From positions 1-64,000 of the forward strand of contig JBBDRF010000088.1 in the NCBI GenBank assembly GCA_040905565.1: a stretch of DNA of 64,000 bases, read 5' to 3'. The stretch's first letter is position 1; each line of letters opens with the position of its first letter. Shown piece after piece: positions 56,258-64,000 of the stretch. The notes beneath the pieces were generated by a model, which saw only the letters and a list, made by a program, of their open reading frames with translations, searched no databases and was not told where the DNA came from. This DNA is from Phycisphaeraceae bacterium. GTDB taxonomy: Bacteria > Planctomycetota > Phycisphaerae > Phycisphaerales > Zrk34. A program made the position numbers and the translations under genes.

Positions 56258-56878
56258 ATGGGGCTTTATGGGCGATATGTGTTTCCGTGGGTGCTGGATC
56301 GCGCGATGGGGCGTGAGCCGATGGAGCAGAGGCGGCCAGGTGTGCTGGGCGACGCGAAGGGGGAGGTGCTGGAAATCGGCTTCGGCACCGGGCGGAACCT
56401 GCCGTATTATCCCGCCGAAATCGATCATCTGACGGTGCTGGAGCCGAGCGAACCGGTCGCGCGGCGGGCGGAGCAACGGCTTCGTGAATCACCGATCAAG
56501 GTCGAATCGGTACGGCTCGGGGCGGACCAGGCGCTGCCGCTGGATACCGCACGCTTCGACACCATCGTGAGTACGTGGACCATGTGCAGCATCGACGATC
56601 TGCCGCGCGCCCTGCACGAACTGCACCGCGTGCTCAAGCCCGGCGGCCGATTGCTGTTCATCGAGCACGGCCTCGCGCGGACGCCAAAGCTCGCCAAGTG
56701 GCAACACCGCCTCACGCCCATCAACCGATGGATCGGCCAGGGCTGTCGGCTGAACCGCGACTTCAAAGCCATCCTCCACACCTCGCCGTTGCAACTCGAG
56801 CAATGCGAAGAATTCGAAATGCCCAGCACCCCCCGCATCGCCTCCCACCACTATCGCGGCACGGCCGTGAAACGGTAA
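56258..56878 (+). CDS. Class I SAM-dependent methyltransferase
   Basis: VLEIGFGTG, FDTIV, RVLKPGG; AGGAGG SD. Confidence 0.9.
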   Translation: MGLYGRYVFPWVLDRAMGREPMEQRRPGVLGDAKGEVLEIGFGTGRNLPYYPAEIDHLTVLEPSEPVARRAEQRLRESPIKVESVRLGADQALPLDTARFDTIVSTWTMCSIDDLPRALHELHRVLKPGGRLLFIEHGLARTPKLAKWQHRLTPINRWIGQGCRLNRDFKAILHTSPLQLEQCEEFEMPSTPRIASHHYRGTAVKR

Positions 56879-56909
56879 GCTGGGGGATCACAATCGAAGG
56901 GTAACTCGC

Positions 56910-58434
56910 ATGCAACCTCTCCGTTTTGCATTGGCCGCTGCGATCGGCCTCGCCATCGCCAGCTTCGCCGTCGCCGATGATAAGATCGAGACAATCCCGC
57001 TGGAGATCGGCCCGGAGACCACGGTTTTCGAAGGCCCGTTGCGGGAAGACGGCACGGTTGATTATGTCGCCGCGTTGAACGACCTAGCCAGCGAAGGCGT
57101 CACGCCTGAGAACAACGCCTACGTGGTGATCGCGGAGTTGACCGAGCCAGAGTTATGGACCGACGACGCCTTCCGCCGCAAACGCTTCGAGATGCTCGGC
57201 GTGCCGCCGCCGGACGACGACGCTCAATACCTGGCGCTTCAGCAATGGTCGTGGCGAGCGGACGAAGCCGCTTTCAAGCAGTGGGACCAAGCCAGCACCG
57301 GCGAATGGGTGCCAGCAGATTTCCCGCTCGTGATCGATTGGCTGGATGAACAAGACGCGGCCTTGAATCGCCTTGTGGCTGGCATTCAGCGTGAGCGCTA
57401 CTGGGCGCCCGCCGTCACCGAGGAGGAGAGAGGGCTCGTCAACGACGTGCTGTTGCCGGACTTGGCGAGGATGCGCCAGATGGGGATCAGCCTGGCAATT
57501 CGTGCGAGGCATCGGATTCACGAGGGACAGTTGGACGCCGCCATCGACGACCTTCTCGCCATCAAACGGCTGTCGCGACACGTTGCCGGGCCGCGCTTCG
57601 TGATCGAGGACTTGGTCGGCGTTGACATGGCTCGCAGGACGACCGGTGCCTTCGGCGAACTTATAGCGCACGAAGCGTTCACCGTTGGCCACGGGAAGAC
57701 TCCAGGAGGCCCTCGCCCCGCTGCGAGGGCGCTTCCTCTTCGAGCAAAGCATGGATGTTGGCGAGCGTGTCGGATTCCTGGACACGCTGCAGCGACGCAC
57801 GTCGCTTCTCTGGGCCGTTGAAAGTCCAGGCGAAAAGTTGAAGATGCCGCGGATCATCTATCGTAATTTTGATCGCAACGTCGCCATGCGGCGTGTCAAC
57901 GCTGAGTACGATCGACTCGTTGCAGCGATGAAATTGCCCACGCCCCAACAACGTGATGCGAGGCTGACTGTGTTGGCGGATCAGGTCGAGCAACTGTCGG
58001 AGAAATATGATGACGCCCTTGATTGGGCAGCCGTTGCGATCAAACTGCTTTCGCAGGAGGAAGCGGAGCAGGTGAACACGGTGAGCAATGTGGTGGTTGA
58101 GTTGGTGATGATTCTAGCAATGCTAGATTTTTCGCACATGTCCAGTGTTGCCGACCGCACCGAGATGCTCGAAGACCTCGAACGCGTCGCCATCGCGCTT
58201 GGCGGGTATCGCGCCGAGCATGGGCGTTACCCTGAATCGTTGGAGGCGTTGGTGCCGGACCTGCTCGCCGCTGTGCCGCAAGACATTTTCGATACTGAGG
58301 GCGGCCACGTGCGGTATCTGCTTGAGGACGACCGCGTCGTCATCTACAGCGTCGGCCCCAACGGCGAAGACAACGGCGGCGTCGATTTCGACGACTTTCG
58401 TAAAGGTGACCTCGGCATGGCATGGCCGCGCTGA
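56910..58434 (+). pseudogene. Secreted helical hypothetical protein split by a frameshift near 57695
   Basis: ORF 56910 (signal peptide, DGTVDYVAALN) and ORF 57685 (YRAEHGRYPESLEALVP..IYSVGPNGEDNGG) overlap in different frames and read as one protein. Confidence 0.6.
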
Positions 58435-58452
58435 TGGGCAGTGGCGGGGGGG

Positions 58453-59511
58453 TTACAGTCCCACGTAGCGGGTGTAGAGGGAGCGGGCGGTGGTGGGGTT
58501 TTCGGTGCCGTGGATGATGGCTCGGCCGTCGGCGAACAGCGTCAGGCGATAGTCGTGTCCGCCATCGTGAAGCGTCGCGCGGAGGAGGTACTCATTGGCG
58601 GTTGCCTGGCCGTGGGCAGCGAGCTGGCGGGCGAGATGGTCGAGCTGCACCGTCGGCCCCTCGCCGTTGGCGGGATGCAGTTGCACCGCACCGCGGCCGC
58701 ATAGCGTCGCGGACCGCACCGCCCGCCGCCCCTCAAGAAACTCAAAATCACGCGCGCCGCAGCAGGGGCACGTCTCCGATCGGGCCGCGGCCACGTCCAT
58801 CTGCTGAATCCGGTTTGTCATCAGATCAAAACTCAGCAGACTACGGCTGACGGCGGCGAGGTTACCCGTGAGAATCTTCAGCGCCTCCGCTGCCTGGAAA
58901 TTCGCGACGATTCCCGCTGCGGGGCCGAGCACGCCGACTGTGTCGCAGCTGCCGAGCTGGCCGGTCTCGGGCTCATCGCCAAGCAGGCAACGCAGGCACG
59001 GCCCAGCCGTCGCCTCGGTTGAGGGGAGGATGGGATAGACGGTGCCGGTGGTGCCGACCGCGCCGCCGTAGACGTAGGGCAGAGCGTGGGCGATGGCCAG
59101 ATCGTTCAGCAGCAGCCGCGTGGCGAAGTTGTCCGTGCCGTCGAGCAGCAGGTCCACATCGGTCGCCAACGGCACCGCGTTGCGATGCGTGAAATCCACC
59201 ACGTGAGGCTCGATCGTGACGTCGTCATTCACCAGCGCAAGACGCTCCGCAGCGGCGACGGCTTTGGGCACATGCCCCGCTGCGTCGGCCTCGGTGAATA
59301 GCACCTGCCGTTGAAGATTCGTCAGCTCCACCAGGTCACGATCGACAATACGCAACCGCCCCACGCCGGCCCGGGTCAGCATGTCCGCGATCACCGTGCC
59401 GAGCGCACCGCAGCCGACCAGCAGCACGGTCGCTCGGCCCAGCGCCGCCTGTGCCGCAGCATCGAAGCCCGGCAAAAGCATCTGGCGGTGGTAACGATCG
59501 AAAGCGGGCAT
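58453..59511 (-). CDS. ThiF/MoeB-family adenylyltransferase
   Basis: RYHRQ, GCGALG, DRD.VELTNLQRQ, DGTDN, CLRC, CDTVG. Confidence 0.9.
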   Translation of the reverse strand: MPAFDRYHRQMLLPGFDAAAQAALGRATVLLVGCGALGTVIADMLTRAGVGRLRIVDRDLVELTNLQRQVLFTEADAAGHVPKAVAAAERLALVNDDVTIEPHVVDFTHRNAVPLATDVDLLLDGTDNFATRLLLNDLAIAHALPYVYGGAVGTTGTVYPILPSTEATAGPCLRCLLGDEPETGQLGSCDTVGVLGPAAGIVANFQAAEALKILTGNLAAVSRSLLSFDLMTNRIQQMDVAAARSETCPCCGARDFEFLEGRRAVRSATLCGRGAVQLHPANGEGPTVQLDHLARQLAAHGQATANEYLLRATLHDGGHDYRLTLFADGRAIIHGTENPTTARSLYTRYVGL

Positions 59512-59522
59512 GGCGCGATGGC

Positions 59523-61271
59523 TCACTTTGCCGGCACGAGCCAGCGGGACTGATAGGGGCCCAGGGGGATTTGGTGCGGGGCGAACTTGTTCTCGTCGCC
59601 GTTCTCTGCGAGCAGATCGCGCCAACGTGGCGAGCGCTGGCCCGCTTTCAGTTTCAACTCGATGCGTTGCGGCTGATCGGTCATGTTGTTCACCGCGATC
59701 AGGATGTGTTTTCCGTCGACCGATTCACGCTCAACGGCGAACACGGCATCGCCAAGCTCCAGCACACGCTGATGACCGTCGGGGTGGAACGCCGCCTGCC
59801 GACTGCGGAGATGGAGCATGTGCCGCATGGCGTTGAAGGCGCGGGCGTTGAGGGTTGTATCGTCGGCGAGCAGCTTCGAAAGCTGCGTCTCGTTCCACTT
59901 GTGCCGGTTGATGGCGCGAGCATGGCGGAGGCGTTTGACGCCCTCGTGGTCGTTTCGGGCCGCCACGATGGCCTGGAAGTAGATCGCGGGAACGCCACGC
60001 ATGGCGAGCATCACAGCCTGTGAACACAGGAAACGATCCAACTGCATCTGCGGGTCGTTCTGACCCGGCCGTGCCATCGCATCGAACCACGTGATGTTCA
60101 ATTCGTACGGGCTGGTCGAGCCGTCGGGGTTGGATTTTTCGCTCACATGACCGCCGAGTTCGCGGATCACCTCCGCGAGATGCTCAACCTGTGCGTGCGG
60201 CAGCAGCCCTTCCAGCGGACGCACACCGACGCCGTCGTGCGATGCGGTAAAGTTGAGATAGGTGCAGCCGGCCGGCGGATCGGTCAGCTCCTTCGCCCAG
60301 TGCGTGAGATGCTTGGCCGTGTCGGCTTGCAGGCCGTGGAGGAGCAGGGGGGGCAGCGAGAAGTTGTAGACCATGTGCGCTTCGTCGCCGTCACCGAAGT
60401 AGCTGATGTTCTCCTGATGCGGGACATTCGTCTCCGTCAGCAGCAGCACGTGCGGCGCGATCAACTCCAGCACATCACGCAGCAGCTTGACCACCTCGTG
60501 CGTCTGCGGCAGGTGAATGCAGTTAGTGCTGAGGTCTTTCCAGAGGTAGGCGATCGCATCCAGACGAATCAGCCGGGCACCCATCTGCGCATACAGCAGC
60601 ATGATGTCGATGAATTCAAGCAGCACGTCAGGATTCGCGAAGTTCAAATCCACCTGATCCGGGCTGAACGTGGTCCACACCCACCGCTCGCCCTGACGTG
60701 TCTGAACCTGTTCAAGCAACGGCGAAGGACGCGGCCGAACCACATGGCTCAAGTCCGTGCCCGGTTCAACCTCCACAAAGTAGTAGCGGTGGGGGGCCAC
60801 GCCTGCGACATACTCGCGGAACCACGTGCTCTGGCGTGAGCAGTGGTTAAGCACGAGGTCGAACATCAAGCGGAAATTCTGGTCGATCGCCGTGATCTCG
60901 TCCCACGAGCCCAGCTTCGGATCGACCATGCGGTAATCGATCACGGAGAAGCCGTCGTCGCTGGAATACGGGAAAAACGGGAGAATGTGGACCGTATCGA
61001 TGATGCCCGCCAGGTGCTGCTGAAGGAACCGGTCAAGCGTCTGCAGCGGCGTCTCCTTGGCGCTGCGGACCATGTCGCCGTAGGTGATCAGCACGTTGTC
61101 CGCCTGCGTCCACCGCGGGCCCTCCGAAGGGCTGGCACGAAGCGAATCGTAGCGGTTGAAGATGAGCTTGAGACGATCGAGGCAGTCACGGCAGACCGAG
61201 TCGCCGTAGAGCGTGTTCAGACGCCTCTGGATGCGGTTGTAAAGTTCGCGAGTCTTGTCGCCGTGATTCAT
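59523..61271 (-). CDS. GH13_18 sugar phosphorylase (glucosylglycerate phosphorylase/YcjM-like)
   Basis: HILPFFPYSSDDGF, WTTFS.DQ.DLN, RLDAIAYLWK, TETNVP, ASHDG, NPDG..SPYELN. Confidence 0.85.
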   Translation of the reverse strand: MNHGDKTRELYNRIQRRLNTLYGDSVCRDCLDRLKLIFNRYDSLRASPSEGPRWTQADNVLITYGDMVRSAKETPLQTLDRFLQQHLAGIIDTVHILPFFPYSSDDGFSVIDYRMVDPKLGSWDEITAIDQNFRLMFDLVLNHCSRQSTWFREYVAGVAPHRYYFVEVEPGTDLSHVVRPRPSPLLEQVQTRQGERWVWTTFSPDQVDLNFANPDVLLEFIDIMLLYAQMGARLIRLDAIAYLWKDLSTNCIHLPQTHEVVKLLRDVLELIAPHVLLLTETNVPHQENISYFGDGDEAHMVYNFSLPPLLLHGLQADTAKHLTHWAKELTDPPAGCTYLNFTASHDGVGVRPLEGLLPHAQVEHLAEVIRELGGHVSEKSNPDGSTSPYELNITWFDAMARPGQNDPQMQLDRFLCSQAVMLAMRGVPAIYFQAIVAARNDHEGVKRLRHARAINRHKWNETQLSKLLADDTTLNARAFNAMRHMLHLRSRQAAFHPDGHQRVLELGDAVFAVERESVDGKHILIAVNNMTDQPQRIELKLKAGQRSPRWRDLLAENGDENKFAPHQIPLGPYQSRWLVPAK

Positions 61272-61330
61272 GATATCGCACCCGGTTGTGAATGATGGCG
61301 AGAAGCGTCCCCCCGCCGGCGTGAGCAGGA

Positions 61331-62590
61331 TCAGTCGCCTGCCACGTTGGCGATCAGGGCCGAAAGTTTACGGCGGGCGACGCTGTAGCTGAAGAACCGC
61401 GAAGCCACCTGATAGTTATGCTCGACCACCTGCTGGCGGTATTCGCTGTCTTCCAGAAGCCGACGCACCTCTTCGACAACCTTGCGGGTCACGAAGTTGT
61501 TGATGGTAGGAATGCGGAAGCCGCGCGGCTCAATGTCGCGTGCGAAGTTCAGATACCGGTTGATCACCAACGGCTTCTTAAAGTACAGCGCTTCCAGCAA
61601 CGCATTGCCGAACCCCTCGTAGATGCTCGGGTAGGTCACCAGGTCCGCATGGGGGTAAAGATCCCAGAGCGTGTAGACCTTTCGACCCTCGGCATCGTAC
61701 TGCCGTCGCTCGCCGATGCGCGTGGAGATGAACCGCAAATCAACGCCCGCGTCAGCCGCCATCTCTGAAAGCACGTGGAAATAGTCGTACCCTTCGTCGC
61801 CGACGTCGTGAGAAACAACAAGCTTATAGCGCGGATCGTCCAGCATCTGCACCAGCTTGATCGCATGCTCAATGCCCTTCCGAGGCACCACGCGCGTGGG
61901 TTGTAGAATCATCACGTCGTCAGGCGAAAGCCCGATCTCCGCACGCACATCCGAGGCGTAAACGTCCATCGTCGGCGGCGCCTGCTCGAAGTTGAAAACG
62001 TTCGGCAGCAGCGTCGAACTCGTCCCCCTCCGCCACGCCAGATCCTCCCGGGCCGTCTGGTTGATCACCATATGCTGCAGGCTCGGCAGCCGGGGCGGGA
62101 ACGCCATGTCCAGGTAATCGTCGACAGCCGTCACGCGGAAACGGTCACGCTCCCAGTAAAAATCGTGGTGGTGCGCCAGGGCGGGCATCTGCGTCTCAGC
62201 GATGAACTCCGTCACCGCGATGCCCAGCGGTATGTGCATCGGAATCGTCACCACGTTCTGAAGCATCAACAGGTCGATCTTGAAACGATCCGTGAACCGG
62301 TACAGCGTCTCCTTGAGATACTGCGTCATGTCGTAGATGCGTTGCGTCGTGACGCGGCTGCGGCGCGGCCTGCCAAGCACGCGCTCGTTGAGGTACGTGT
62401 TCGCCGGATGGCCGAAGAACGCTTCGGGAACGCAGTAGCTAACGTCCGGGGCGCGATCCAGTCGTCCGGCGTACCAGTAACTGGTGTGCCGATCTTCCCA
62501 GAGCACCTCGGCGAGCTTCGCGCTCTCCAAAGATACGCCGTCGGTCCCGGCAAACCGGGTCGATACAAATCCGATTCGCAAAGGCTCCAT
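61331..62590 (-). CDS. GT4 glycosyltransferase (MggS-like)
   Basis: [41 protein letters not shown]. Confidence 0.8.
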   Translation of the reverse strand: MEPLRIGFVSTRFAGTDGVSLESAKLAEVLWEDRHTSYWYAGRLDRAPDVSYCVPEAFFGHPANTYLNERVLGRPRRSRVTTQRIYDMTQYLKETLYRFTDRFKIDLLMLQNVVTIPMHIPLGIAVTEFIAETQMPALAHHHDFYWERDRFRVTAVDDYLDMAFPPRLPSLQHMVINQTAREDLAWRRGTSSTLLPNVFNFEQAPPTMDVYASDVRAEIGLSPDDVMILQPTRVVPRKGIEHAIKLVQMLDDPRYKLVVSHDVGDEGYDYFHVLSEMAADAGVDLRFISTRIGERRQYDAEGRKVYTLWDLYPHADLVTYPSIYEGFGNALLEALYFKKPLVINRYLNFARDIEPRGFRIPTINNFVTRKVVEEVRRLLEDSEYRQQVVEHNYQVASRFFSYSVARRKLSALIANVAGD

Positions 62591-62758
62591 GCTCTCTTTG
62601 TATCCCTCAGGGTGATGAACCGTCTTGCAGTGTTATTCGGTCGACGGTTGCTGCAGGTTCAGTCAACTATGCTATGGTATGCATCAGCAGAGTCAAAACG
62701 ATTGGCCGCCGACGCATCCGATGCACGCGTCAGGCGGCCCGAGCCACGGGAACTCACC

Positions 62759-63931
62759 ATGACTGCCACGCTCGAAAGCGTTATCGACCGCCTGCCTCAG
62801 ATACGCCAGGCCGTTGAAGCCGTTCGCGAAACCCTGCTGGCCAACCTCGTGATGATCGGCGAAATTCCCGCGCCCACCTTCAGTGAGCAGGCCCGCGCCC
62901 GCTTCCTGTCCGACCGTTTCGCCGAGACGGGCCTTCAGCATGTCAGCACCGACGAAATGGACAACGCAGCCGGCGTCATCCCCGGTGCCGAAGGCGGCCG
63001 CAACATCCTCGTGGTCGCCCATACCGACACGCTCTTCGCCGCAAAGGACGACCACACCATCTCCGTCGAAGAAGACAGCGTCATCGGCCCCGGCCTCGGC
63101 GATAACAGCCTCGGCGTCGCCGTCCTCGCCACCATGCCCACCCTGATGGAGCATCTGGACGTCACCTTCAATTCCAACATCGTCCTGCTCGGCTCCAGCC
63201 GATCCCACGGCCGCGGCGACCTCGAGGGCATGCGGTTTTTCATGGACAACATGAAGATGCCCGTCACCGCTGGCATCTGCCTTGAGGGCGTGAAGCTCGG
63301 CCGGCTCAGCTACTGCTCCATCGGCATGATGCGTGGCGAGATCACCGTCTCCGTTCCCGAAGAATACGATTGGACCCGCTTCCGCGCTTCCGGGGCCATC
63401 CGCATCATCAACGACGTGATGAACCACATTCTCGCCATTCCCCTGCCGCGTCAGCCTCGCACCACGGTGCTGTTCGGCGCGATCCGTGGCGGGGCTGCTT
63501 TCGATGTCATCGCCACCCACGCCACGCTGCAGTTCGAGATTCGCTCCGAGTCCGCCGAGATGGTCCAGCAGGTGACGCGGCGCATTCGCGACATCACCGA
63601 AGAGGTTTCCGCCGAGACCGATGCCGTGGTGACGCTGGATACCATCGCCCACCGCGAGCCCGGGGGCGTGGCGTTCGGGCACCCGATCGTGCGGCATGCT
63701 CGCAAGATCATCAAAGCGCTCGATGTCGAGCCGCGACTCGGGCCCAGCCTCAGCGAACTCAGCACGTTCATCAGTCACAGCGTGCCCGCCGTTACGCTCG
63801 GCATCACCACCGGCGAGCGGCGTCACAAAGCCAACGAACTGCTGCATATTTCACCGATGATTACAGGCGTAACCCAGTTGGCCGCGCTTTTGCTGGCCAT
63901 GGATGCGGGACTTGAAGACGATGAAGCTTGA
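62759..63931 (+). CDS. M20/M25/M40 family metallopeptidase-like protein
   Basis: AHTDT, GPGLGDN, dimerisation domain, H...E near the C-terminus. Confidence 0.8.
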   Translation: MTATLESVIDRLPQIRQAVEAVRETLLANLVMIGEIPAPTFSEQARARFLSDRFAETGLQHVSTDEMDNAAGVIPGAEGGRNILVVAHTDTLFAAKDDHTISVEEDSVIGPGLGDNSLGVAVLATMPTLMEHLDVTFNSNIVLLGSSRSHGRGDLEGMRFFMDNMKMPVTAGICLEGVKLGRLSYCSIGMMRGEITVSVPEEYDWTRFRASGAIRIINDVMNHILAIPLPRQPRTTVLFGAIRGGAAFDVIATHATLQFEIRSESAEMVQQVTRRIRDITEEVSAETDAVVTLDTIAHREPGGVAFGHPIVRHARKIIKALDVEPRLGPSLSELSTFISHSVPAVTLGITTGERRHKANELLHISPMITGVTQLAALLLAMDAGLEDDEA

Positions 63932-64000
63932 GAACTGGATAAAAGACCACACCTTCCACCACTCCGCGTTCTGGGACCTCCAGCACATGGTCGCGGAGAA

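Overview
GC-rich bacterial chromosome segment, most likely from a planctomycete (possibly Phycisphaerae). This is inferred from the DUF1549/DUF1553 plus DUF1501 module, an ECF/FecR pair, a PEP-CTERM-like protein, a sulfatase and the coaE-rho order. The backbone carries housekeeping genes (coaE, rho, priA, adk, scpB, nadC, rsmG, mcsA/mcsB, an Mpg-family glycosylase, a HelD-like ATPase). The main feature is a ~9.2 kb integrated element (33033-42273) bounded by an exact 46-bp direct repeat of the 3' half of a tRNA-Gly(TCC). All its genes are on the + strand: tyrosine integrase, a hypothetical protein, an AlpA/Xis-like HTH, small coupled ORFs, an AAA_25 helicase, an iteron-like array, an HNH nuclease, a cos-like site, a Zn-ribbon protein, a hypothetical protein, an HK97-type major capsid protein and a Gly-rich fibre-like protein. 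I see no terminase, portal, protease, tail or lysis genes, so it reads as a PICI-like phage satellite, with integrase arm sites visible at both ends. To its left is an older, decayed island at the same tRNA (integrase, Cas3-HD-like, HD-GYP and transposase fragments plus three intact cargo genes). Also found: a 186-bp MITE inserted into a REP, and palindromes embedded in a repeated peptide motif inside the satellite. All calls come from motif recognition by eye; no database searches were run.
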